From a virus (lineage: Duplodnaviria > Heunggongvirae > Uroviricota > Caudoviricetes), in IMG/VR virus record IMGVR_UViG_3300029577_000220, positions 1-11,007 of that record: a DNA stretch of 11,007 nt, one strand, 5' to 3'. Positions 1 through 6,357 of this stretch are shown piece after piece. Made by a program: the position numbers and the translations under genes. Position 1 is the stretch's first letter, and each line of letters opens with the position of its first letter. The notes beneath the pieces were generated by a model, which did not search any database, was not told where the DNA came from, and saw only the letters and a program-made list of their open reading frames with translations.

Positions 1-1505
1 TGGTCTCTCATCCTTCTCCACTGCTGTACAAAATATAGTCTTAGCGTGGGATAATTTCCGTTTTCCAAGCGGACCCCTTTTTGTCCTCCATTCGCCCTGC
101 AAACAGGGTAGCCAGTTGGCCGATAATCAGAAGGTGAGACGCTCATAAGCTCTTTGCTGATGGTGGCCGACAGTGCGTCTTCGGTCATTTCACCGATTCC
201 GTCTTCCATCTCGTCGAGCGCCTTTAGCGCCTCCTCCAGAGTCATTTCATCCGGCGCAGGAACAAAGCCAGACTCACTGTCTTTGGGCACTTCCGCACCA
301 TCTTTATTTTCTTTGCCTTCGACGTCTTCTTCAGTTTCCCCACGATCAGTATCGGAGTCCTCACCGCCATCACCATCGATGCCAGAGCCATAACCATCAG
401 AATCATCGGTATCTTCGCGAATACCATCGCCAGGTCTTGGAGCGCCAGTGCCATTGCTGCCATCATCATCGGTGTCAGAGTCACTTGATTTCATGCCGAT
501 AGCATCGGATTCTGGGGTGTCTCCTGACTCTTCGTGGCCTGCTTCTGTATATTTACTTTCTGTATCACTAATATCTTTAACGTGTGTAGGTAAGTCCTTA
601 TCTAATGAATCAGGCAAATCGGAATCCCCAGAATCTTCCTCTTCTGATGCATCATCTTCTCGTTCTTCCTTGTCATCGCCTTCGCCTTTGGCAGGCTTAG
701 ATGCAGAGTCACCATGAGACGGCTCGTCACCTGATTCTGGCGTTTCCTCGGACTCGTCTTTGCTCTCCGACGGCTTTCTGGCAGATGATTTAAGTTCTGG
801 TAATTTGCCCTCTGGCTTGTCTTTCATATCCTGCATGATTTGGGCTATAGCAGCAGCGACCTTCACGCAATCCTCAGTGTTCGACATATTGCGAACGGCC
901 ACGTCTATACCATGCTCCTTTAGTAAGGCTACCGGCCTCTCGATAAGGCGCCAGTGTTCTTCCATAAAATCGATGAAGGGGCTTTGTCCATCCCAGGCGC
1001 GGACGACCGGGCAAAGGAAGAATTTCAAAAACAATTCACGCTGGTCTCCGTGACAGGCTAAAACCGCTTCTGGTACTTTATTCCTGAAGTATTTGTCGAT
1101 AACCAGACTCTGTGTTGCAAGTAAATTACGCCGGGTTCCGTTAAAGACCTGCCCCATTCTGCGTTCAATAAAAACGTCTTCCAGCGCATTCCAAAGCCCC
1201 GTAGACGGAGCCTTTCCTCTTTCGCGCATCTGCATTGCGACTTTCGGTTCAGTAAAGAGAATATGGGCCACCTCATGGTCGAGAAAACCACGCACTGCGT
1301 TCATGAGGGTTGGCGACGCGTCGTCCGGTATAGATGGGATGTTTACCAGCACTGGTTCGCCGCGCCGGTTATAGCGGACATATGCTTCATTGCCTCGTTC
1401 TGCAACAGGTATTTGTTTACCTGAAAGCATCGCTACAACTCGTTTTACACAGTCGCGAAAATCCTGCACCTCTTTCAGTACAGCTTTGGTGGTTTTTTTG
1501 GACAT
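1..1505 (-). CDS. Large protein with N-terminal globular region followed by a ~200-aa D/E/S/G-rich acidic low-complexity linker; architecture resembles CobT-like (cobaltochelatase CobT / vWA-associated) proteins. Start ATG at 1503-1505; 3' end lies beyond the window start, so ~501 codons are in the window.
   Basis: Minus-strand frame set by ATG 1503-1505 is open to position 3 (translated by hand at both ends: MSKKTTKAVLKEVQDFRDCVKRVVAMLSGKQIPVAERGNEAY ... SPSDYRPTGYPVCRANGGQKGVRLENGNYPTLRLYFVQQWRRMRD). AAGGGA Shine-Dalgarno-like sequence ~8 nt upstream of the ATG. The Ser-rich plus-strand ORFs in the track (154..717) are antisense shadows of the acidic repeat region. Family assignment is from architecture only. 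Confidence 0.6.
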   Translation of the reverse strand, partial: MSKKTTKAVLKEVQDFRDCVKRVVAMLSGKQIPVAERGNEAYVRYNRRGEPVLVNIPSIPDDASPTLMNAVRGFLDHEVAHILFTEPKVAMQMRERGKAPSTGLWNALEDVFIERRMGQVFNGTRRNLLATQSLVIDKYFRNKVPEAVLACHGDQRELFLKFFLCPVVRAWDGQSPFIDFMEEHWRLIERPVALLKEHGIDVAVRNMSNTEDCVKVAAAIAQIMQDMKDKPEGKLPELKSSARKPSESKDESEETPESGDEPSHGDSASKPAKGEGDDKEEREDDASEEEDSGDSDLPDSLDKDLPTHVKDISDTESKYTEAGHEESGDTPESDAIGMKSSDSDTDDDGSNGTGAPRPGDGIREDTDDSDGYGSGIDGDGGEDSDTDRGETEEDVEGKENKDGAEVPKDSESGFVPAPDEMTLEEALKALDEMEDGIGEMTEDALSATISKELMSVSPSDYRPTGYPVCRANGGQKGVRLENGNYPTLRLYFVQQWRRMRD

Positions 1506-1558
1506 TAGAATTCCCTTGTTGTTAAAACAATTTGTTTTCTGATGTGCGTAATTTATCA

Positions 1559-1591
1559 CTGTACGAACAGGCATCTAATCTGTTCGTACAG
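1559..1591. promoter_or_regulatory. Perfect 12-bp inverted repeat CTGTACGAACAG-N9-CTGTTCGTACAG in the 5' leader/promoter region of the 1..1505 gene; candidate operator or leader stem-loop.
   Basis: Arms 1559-1570 and 1580-1591 are exact reverse complements; located 54 bp upstream of the start codon at 1505. Confidence 0.4.
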
Positions 1592-1605
1592 GCGCTAGAG
1601 AGGAT

Positions 1606-1618
1606 GGGAGGGGGGGGG
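1606..1618. repeat. Homopolymeric G tract (GGGAG followed by 8 G) between the stop of the 1619..1831 ORF and the start of the 1..1505 gene.
   Basis: Direct reading of 1601-1620: aggatgggag ggggggggtt. Confidence 0.6.
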
Positions 1619-1831
1619 TTAAATTGTGCGGACGGCTACTGAACCGCAGCCGGTATTGATGAGAGTGAAGCACTTGCCCTTTAGCTCAAAGATGTATGCG
1701 GTTGCGTCTTTCATGTCAAGTAACAAAGACTTTGTTGGCAGTTCAGTGAGTATGGCTGCTGCCCCATCATCGTCAATTGAAATCGTATGTCCGACCTCAA
1801 GGGCGATCAAATTAGAAGTTATTTTTTTCAT
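1619..1831 (-). CDS. Hypothetical small protein (70 aa), divergent from the HTH regulator gene.
   Basis: ATG at 1829-1831 (minus), weak GGATGA SD-like sequence upstream; shares a 247-bp AT-rich divergent intergenic region with the 2088..2477 gene. No recognisable domain. Confidence 0.3.
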   Translation of the reverse strand: MKKITSNLIALEVGHTISIDDDGAAAILTELPTKSLLLDMKDATAYIFELKGKCFTLINTGCGSVAVRTI

Positions 1832-2087
1832 TTCATATCATCCAACTGAACACGTAAATACCTTGCAATACTACTACCTATTGTATCAATACGGAATACT
1901 TATGTATCAAATACAACTTAGTTTTAAGTTCTTAAATGAGTTATTTTTTAGATAGTTGTCTATTAATGAAGCCTTTTGCGGTCAGTAAACCTATGTAAAA
2001 AAATAGATAAGTCTTTACAACACTAACCTTTGATGTAATATCAGTAAGCACTTACCAAATAAAATCAAAACACGCAGGTTGATAATT

Positions 2088-2477
2088 ATGGCTACCAACG
2101 AAACAAAAGAAGCTAAAGTAAGTCGCTACGCTGCTTACATTGACGCTTTAATCGCGATTTCTCCGAAAAGCCAGGCGACCATCGCGAAAGAAGCAGGCTA
2201 TAAAAACCCTAACAATCTTTCACTTATCAAGAGCGGCAAAATCCCGCTTCCGATCGACAAGGTCAGAGCGTTGGCTAAAGCATTGGATGCCGATTCGGTC
2301 CGATTGATGCTAATGGTGCTGGAAGAGCGTCATCCAGAGCTGTTAGCGTTTTTTCGCGACGAAGGCACAGCCCCTCTGACTAAAGATGAAAAACTAGTTC
2401 TGGAAGCCTTCCGTCGACGTTTCGGTGACCAACGTGGTGCGTCGGAGCGGGTTGTTGAGGCAATCAAGTCGCTATGA
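2088..2477 (+). CDS. XRE/Cro-CI-type helix-turn-helix transcriptional regulator (129 aa from ATG 2088; the track ORF begins at an upstream in-frame TTG at 2079).
   Basis: HTH_3-like segment SQATIAKEAGYKNPNNLSLIKSGKIPLPIDKVRALAKALDAD; AGGT ~9 nt upstream of ATG 2088; AT-rich upstream region; convergent with the integrase and overlapping its 3' end by 6 bp. Confidence 0.65.
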   Translation: MATNETKEAKVSRYAAYIDALIAISPKSQATIAKEAGYKNPNNLSLIKSGKIPLPIDKVRALAKALDADSVRLMLMVLEERHPELLAFFRDEGTAPLTKDEKLVLEAFRRRFGDQRGASERVVEAIKSL

Positions 2478-3575
2478 GAAATTTACACGGATTAGCTCAG
2501 TAGCGAGTCGATCTCCCTTGAACTTATGATCTATCTCCTCTAAATCCTGTTTCTCTACGATTGATGCGATGTACGCCGAAAAACTGTTTAAGGCGTCTCG
2601 CATCTCGTCTATATAATCGTGTCGATCGTATACTCGATCTATCCCCTCAAGACTGTGGTTCATAATTTTGCGGGATACCTCCTGACTTATGCCTAACGCG
2701 GGGAAGTAACTACGCGCAGTACGACGCAAATCTCGGGGAGTAAATGGCTCAAGCTCCATCAACTCTGGACGTTCTAAAATCCTTCTCAACGCCTGTGATA
2801 TGGCCACCTTAGACATTGGCACATCCTCACCCTGTTTCTTGTTTGAAGGAACAAGCCACTGGCTGCCTTTTCCGTATTTGATCAGCTCCTCAACACATTT
2901 GCGCATTAGCGGGCTTAATGGTAACGAGTGCTGGCGAGCCGATTTATTCCTCGTTCCTTGATTCCATAAATTATATTCGAGGTTGAATTCTGATCTTTTA
3001 GCTCGGAGCACTTCATCTGGTCGTCTGGCCGCTACAAGGCATAATCTGGCCGCCCACTTTGTACCCTCACATACGTTGAAGTAGTCCCATACATTCCAAA
3101 AGACCCAGACCTCTGCGTCGGTCAGTTTGCGCTCGCGCGGCGTGGGCTTCGCGCCACCGGCTACTCTGTTAAGCGACATATCGTTCAATGGGGATGTATC
3201 AATTAAGCCCTGAAATGCACACCAACTGAGAAACTGCTTCATCAGCGAGAACACACGTCTGCCCTGGACGATCTTGCCCTCAAGTATTAATGGGTTCACC
3301 AGCTGGTTGACTAAAACCCTACTAATATCACTTACTTTTACTTCACAGATATGCGGCATTACATGTATCAAAATACAATGAACAGCTATTTCAGGTCGAC
3401 GTCTCGTTATCAGCAAAGATAAGCGAGTGAATAACATGAATGCGGAAGAAAACGACATATCACCGTCGAAATTGGTGGTCGACACTGCTGACAAACCGGA
3501 AGCGCGTTCGAGATACTCGATGGCTTCTCTAGAGGTGTTTTCTGCTGCGCGTGCTTTATCAAAAGTGTTTTTCAT
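2472..3575 (-). CDS. int: Tyrosine recombinase/integrase, P4-like family, lacking the N-terminal arm-binding (DUF4102-type) domain; possibly a truncated remnant.
   Basis: C-terminal catalytic region FTPRDLRRTARSYFPALGISQEVSRKIMNHSLEGIDRVYDRHDYID matches the integrase box II / R..Y architecture; core-binding region ISRVLVNQLVNPLILEGKIVQGRRVFSLMKQFLSWCAFQGLID matches the P4-integrase core-binding pattern. The region upstream of 3575 (3576-3874) is AT-rich and non-coding, so no arm-binding domain is encoded. Confidence 0.85.
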   Translation of the reverse strand: MKNTFDKARAAENTSREAIEYLERASGLSAVSTTNFDGDMSFSSAFMLFTRLSLLITRRRPEIAVHCILIHVMPHICEVKVSDISRVLVNQLVNPLILEGKIVQGRRVFSLMKQFLSWCAFQGLIDTSPLNDMSLNRVAGGAKPTPRERKLTDAEVWVFWNVWDYFNVCEGTKWAARLCLVAARRPDEVLRAKRSEFNLEYNLWNQGTRNKSARQHSLPLSPLMRKCVEELIKYGKGSQWLVPSNKKQGEDVPMSKVAISQALRRILERPELMELEPFTPRDLRRTARSYFPALGISQEVSRKIMNHSLEGIDRVYDRHDYIDEMRDALNSFSAYIASIVEKQDLEEIDHKFKGDRLATELIRVNFS

Positions 3576-3672
3576 AGTCCACTCACTGAGTGAAGCCTGT
3601 TTTTACTGTATTTATAAACAGTATGTTAGGCCTAAGTTTTGTATGATCAACAGTAAAATAGACTGTTTTTGA

Positions 3673-3707
3673 AAATGATTCCATACCTTACAAGTATGGA
3701 ATCATTT
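3673..3707. promoter_or_regulatory. Perfect 14-bp inverted repeat AAATGATTCCATAC-N7-GTATGGAATCATTT in the integrase upstream region; candidate operator/recombinase-binding site.
   Basis: Arms 3673-3686 and 3694-3707 are exact reverse complements; the arm core GTATGGAATCAT recurs at 5326-5337 and 6346-6357. Confidence 0.45.
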
Positions 3708-3874
3708 ATATAGCTTACGTAAATTCTGAATAAATTATGTAGACAAACCATCTTAAACGCTAAATAGTAAAAAGCGCCTAATAACGCCAACTTTGGAATG
3801 CCATCTGAGCCAGATTGATGAGAATGATTTGTTAGAAGAAAAAGAATGATGAAGAAGATGACGATCGCTAAAGT

Positions 3875-4291
3875 TCAGCTAGAATGGAAACCTTCTGCGA
3901 CTTCAGCGAAGTAGCTGAGCAACCTAGTATCTCTTGCTGGCATACGATCGTGAGCTGGAGTGACTAGCCCCATCAGCAAAAAACGCCCGCTATCCCACAT
4001 GTGCTCGGTATAAACGAGATAGTGGTTTGAGGTTCGGTTGTAGTTCTCTTGCCTTGCGTTCCAGGTAAGCTGGAAATGCAAATTGACGTGAATATGCTGG
4101 ACATTAGCATCAACGGCGAACGGCGGGAAGTCAAATGGCGCATCTCGTCCAAGAAGATTAGATGGTGCGCCAGTTGATTTGTAAGTAATGAACTCGGATT
4201 TGAGCTGACTTTCTAGGTCAGGGTAAACGACAAAAGTGGGCTGAAAAAAATCATCCCACGTAACTTGACTGTATTCAGCCGTTAATGCCAT
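3875..4291 (-). CDS. YafO-family toxin (ribosome-dependent mRNA interferase type), 138 aa.
   Basis: Block-wise resemblance to E. coli YafO recalled from memory: FITYKSTGAPSNLLGRDAPFDF vs FISYKRDGVLPDIFGRDALYDD; VQHIHV vs VAHIHL; RTSNHYLVYTE vs RTNDEAHLVYCQ; FLLMGLVTPAHDRMPARD vs WLLIAILKPEPHKLARD; AEGF vs AEAF. Start ATG 4289-4291 overlaps the upstream gene's last codons by 10 nt. Confidence 0.7.
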   Translation of the reverse strand: MALTAEYSQVTWDDFFQPTFVVYPDLESQLKSEFITYKSTGAPSNLLGRDAPFDFPPFAVDANVQHIHVNLHFQLTWNARQENYNRTSNHYLVYTEHMWDSGRFLLMGLVTPAHDRMPARDTRLLSYFAEVAEGFHSS

Positions 4292-4830
4292 TTAGCCGCA
4301 GCCTTGTTGCCAGTCTCTAATAGATGGTTCATGGCTAAAAGGTTGACACCAGAGTCACGCACTACAGAAGTGCGTGTAATCTGATCAATCAGATTGAGAT
4401 AGTTTTTGGTCGCAATACTGACCATTTTAATAGCCTTAAAAAACGCAAACTCAACAGTGTTTTTTTCGTAAGACATGATGACGTCTTTTTCAGGTAACAT
4501 CAAAACAAAAGATTCTGCGATACCGGCTACATGAATAGTTTGATTCTTAATTTCTTCCGCTACTTTGATAGCAGCAAAGAAGTCAGTGTCAGCATAATGA
4601 GCAAGTTCAGCGCGGCTTGAACGCAGTTCTTTAGCCAATTCATTGAGAGCAGCTGTAAGATCACTGATGTCGGTTTTGTTGACTCTAGCGCCCATCTCAT
4701 AAACCCGTTCTACAATCGTAGGCTGACACGCAACCGCTTTGGGTTGCGGCTGGATACTGGCAAGAACCAGTGCCACTGCTGCCTGCAAATGCTGGATTTT
4801 AAATTTCACGATAGACTCCATAATCGTCAT
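4282..4830 (-). CDS. Hypothetical 182-aa protein translationally coupled to the YafO-like toxin; putative cognate antitoxin/partner, not YafN/RelB-like.
   Basis: ORF with ATG at 4828-4830; stop TAA 4282-4284 overlaps the start of the YafO-like gene; no recognisable RelB/DinJ/YafN-like sequence and roughly twice the size of YafN. Confidence 0.6.
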   Translation of the reverse strand: MTIMESIVKFKIQHLQAAVALVLASIQPQPKAVACQPTIVERVYEMGARVNKTDISDLTAALNELAKELRSSRAELAHYADTDFFAAIKVAEEIKNQTIHVAGIAESFVLMLPEKDVIMSYEKNTVEFAFFKAIKMVSIATKNYLNLIDQITRTSVVRDSGVNLLAMNHLLETGNKAAAKWH

Positions 4831-4908
4831 TTCTCGACGAAGCGTAGCATTCTACTACTGAACTTAACTATAAGCTAAAAAAAGTTGGTTGCATATGCGA
4901 CTTGATAG

Positions 4909-4929
4909 CAAAAAGGGGCCGAAGCCCCT
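4909..4929 (-). terminator. Rho-independent terminator downstream of tRNA-Asn (minus-strand sense GGGGC-UUCG-GCCCC followed by UUUUU).
   Basis: Plus strand 4910-4932 aaaaaggggccgaagcccctttg: 5-bp GC stem, UUCG tetraloop on the minus strand, T-run on the minus strand (A-run 4910-4914 on plus). Confidence 0.55.
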
Positions 4930-5005
4930 TTGGATTTTGCGCTGAAAAAAGTGTTGCTACGATGCTTAGAAGCAATGGTTAAAAAACGTCTGCCGTGTCT
5001 ATCAC

Positions 5006-5080
5006 AGCGCTGAACGGTCTGGCGACATTTGCGGAGTCTTTCGTTCGGACGGTGGTGGCGAATCCAAACCGTTCAGCGCT
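5006..5080. other. Long hairpin: 13-bp perfect inverted repeat (AGCGCTGAACGGT / ACCGTTCAGCGCT) enclosing 49 nt, immediately 3' of the tRNA; possible structured RNA or degenerate tRNA-like element.
   Basis: Arms 5006-5018 and 5068-5080 are exact reverse complements; the enclosed sequence does not fold as a cloverleaf by hand. Confidence 0.35.
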
Positions 5081-5084
5081 ATGT

Positions 5085-5159
5085 TGGCGATGGTGGGTGG
5101 ACTCGAACCACCGACCAGTTGATTAACAGTCAACCGCTCTACCACTGAGCTACACCATC
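5085..5159 (-). tRNA. tRNA-Asn (anticodon GUU), 75 nt with encoded CCA.
   Basis: Minus-strand sequence GATGGTGTAGCTCAGTGGTAGAGCGGTTGACTGTTAATCAACTGGTCGGTGGTTCGAGTCCACCCACCATCGCCA folds by hand: acceptor GATGGTG/CACCATC, D-stem GCTC/GAGC, anticodon stem GTTGA/TCAAC with loop CTGTTAA, T-stem GGTGG/CCACC with loop TTCGAGT, discriminator G, CCA. Confidence 0.85.
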
Positions 5160-5408
5160 ATTTTCGCGGCGGTACTAGCTTATGGACAACCAGGCAGCCA
5201 GAAACTTTCCCGTAACTTGCACTTTACGTTAGTGCCAGACGAGGTATGTGGCTCGCTCATATGAGCGAAGATCTCGAATCTTTCTCGGTGGTTGATTGCC
5301 GTTAGATTCTTCGATCTTATTGGATGTATGGAATCATACATGTTGTGAAGCCAGGGGCAATAAAGGCAACAATGTTTTCACTAGAGGGTTAATTAATCCT
5401 GCTTTCAC

Positions 5409-5518
5409 AACGTTGAGATCACTGAACCGATTAATGTTCAACCCAACATATTGATCAGTCGCTACAGCTATGTGGAATCGCCTGTATGATTTTAAGAAAA
5501 ATCAGTGATCTCAACGTT
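5409..5518. repeat. 17-bp perfect inverted repeat (AACGTTGAGATCACTGA ... TCAGTGATCTCAACGTT) separated by 76 bp in the non-coding region between the tRNA and the small-gene cluster; candidate structured ncRNA, origin-like element or MITE-like remnant.
   Basis: Arms 5409-5425 and 5502-5518 are exact reverse complements; no convincing ORF in 5160-5900. Confidence 0.4.
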
Positions 5519-5883
5519 ATGTGCTGACTAACCAAGTCAGCCGGGTTACGTCGCCGCTTTTAACCCAAGTATAAACGACATAAGTAATGGAAATGACGTA
5601 ACAGAATGGACGGTCAGCTGAAACCGGGATGGGTGAATGGAATGATGAAACCAACCGCCCATTCTGTTACTTCATTGAATGGGGCATGGATGGTGCAATA
5701 TGCCCTATTCTGCGTTCTGCAATCACACTCGCTCAGTGTGTCCCATTTTGGTGACGAGGCTGGAAACTGACCTCGCTGGTGTTTGGCTTCTTAGGCTACT
5801 GCCAGGTATGCATCTTCGTTTGCAGTTATATTTAACGTTCAAACAGTCGCATCTCAACGAAAACAAAGTGATCTTATACATAT

Positions 5884-5909
5884 TAGATAAGTAAGTAAAT
5901 ACTTATCTA
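5884..5909. promoter_or_regulatory. Palindromic site TAGATAAGTA-AGTAAA-TACTTATCTA overlapping the stop of the 5903..6208 gene; shares the 11-mer ATAAGTAAGTA with sites at 10811-10821 and 8582-8592 (reverse complement).
   Basis: 10-bp arms 5884-5893 and 5900-5909 are reverse complements; the 11-mer recurs at two other loci, both 5' of minus-strand genes. Confidence 0.4.
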
Positions 5910-6208
5910 TCTGTGATGCGTTTAGTTGCTATCTTTTTGATCAGGCTCCCCTTTTGTTCCGAAGTTCTCATGATGATGGCGGTAAAACGCTTCGCTTGAA
6001 TAGTGATAGTTTCGTTTTCCTTGAGTTCGCCGTAATGCGTCTCTAACAGGGACCCCAGACGCCACAGACCGTCGTCTATGCGTTTATGGCTGGCGAATCT
6101 GATCAGCAGTAGCTTTACGATTAACTGACCAATGTAAAAGGCAAATCCGAAGCCGGCCGCCACAAGGTAGGTTGCCAGCCACCAGTCGAAGGAAGTCAAA
6201 TTGCTCAT
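5903..6208 (-). CDS. Hypothetical small membrane protein (101 aa).
   Basis: ORF with ATG 6206-6208; hydrophobic segment WWLATYLVAAGFGFAFYIGQLIVKLLLI; start overlaps the stop of the upstream 50-aa ORF (ATGA). Confidence 0.5.
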   Translation of the reverse strand: MSNLTSFDWWLATYLVAAGFGFAFYIGQLIVKLLLIRFASHKRIDDGLWRLGSLLETHYGELKENETITIQAKRFTAIIMRTSEQKGSLIKKIATKRITDR

Positions 6209-6357
6209 TTTCGCACTCCCGTCTCGTGAACAACCCGATACACACGCTTACCGACACGAAGTGTTTTGGTTTGCAGTTCCTGCTGGACCAGGGCGCGGCA
6301 GATTGCGAGGCCGAGGCCCACGCCACCAGTAAAAGATAAAATGATGTATGGAATCAT
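6205..6357 (-). CDS. Hypothetical 50-aa protein with a hydrophobic N-terminus (MIPYIILSFTGGVGLGLAICRALVQQ...); not in the supplied ORF track (below the size cutoff).
   Basis: Hand translation: ATG at 6355-6357 overlaps the TGA of the 6357..6569 gene (TGATG), and its own TGA (6205-6207) overlaps the ATG of the 5903..6208 gene (ATGA). Confidence 0.3.
   Translation of the reverse strand: MIPYIILSFTGGVGLGLAICRALVQQELQTKTLRVGKRVYRVVHETGVRK

Noticed and set aside
242-1291. Minus-strand ORFs 242..484 and 1058..1291
   Set aside because: They lie in a different frame from the long open frame set by ATG 1503-1505 and are fully embedded in it.
154-1374. Plus-strand ORFs 154..393, 173..502, 448..717, 760..1053, 1093..1374 (Ser/Pro/His-rich translations)
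   Set aside because: Low-complexity antisense or off-frame shadows of the minus-strand acidic-linker gene (1..1505); no start context, implausible composition.
1559-1591. The CTGT...ACAG palindrome as a LexA (SOS) box
   Set aside because: The LexA consensus is CTGT-N8-ACAG; here the CTGT and ACAG within each arm are only 4 nt apart, so the geometry does not fit.
1334-1955. Plus-strand ORFs 1334..1525 and 1626..1955
   Set aside because: They overlap the start region of the 1..1505 gene or the minus-strand 70-aa ORF and AT-rich promoter DNA; no RBS, odd composition.
3427-3672. Plus-strand ORF 3427..3672
   Set aside because: Antisense to the 5' end of the integrase and extends into AT-rich non-coding DNA.
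3673-3707. The 14-bp palindrome as a rho-independent terminator
   Set aside because: The stem is AT-rich and there is no proper U-run after it on either strand; a protein-binding site is more likely.
5006-5080. A second tRNA or pseudo-tRNA adjacent to tRNA-Asn
   Set aside because: 75 nt long with loose T-arm-like resemblance, but it has a 13-bp terminal stem and cannot be folded into D/anticodon/T arms; kept only as a hairpin.
4831-5084. A direct repeat of the tRNA 3' end that would mark an att site or island boundary
   Set aside because: No convincing second copy of the tRNA 3' segment inside the window; element boundaries cannot be set from this window alone.
5160-5900. Additional tRNAs, a CRISPR array or a retron-like ncRNA in the non-coding stretch; plus-strand ORF 5679..5894
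   Set aside because: No T-loop-like GTTCGA/TTCAA motifs with flanking stems, no regularly spaced direct repeats, and no reverse transcriptase nearby; the 71-aa ORF has no RBS and Cys/His-biased composition.
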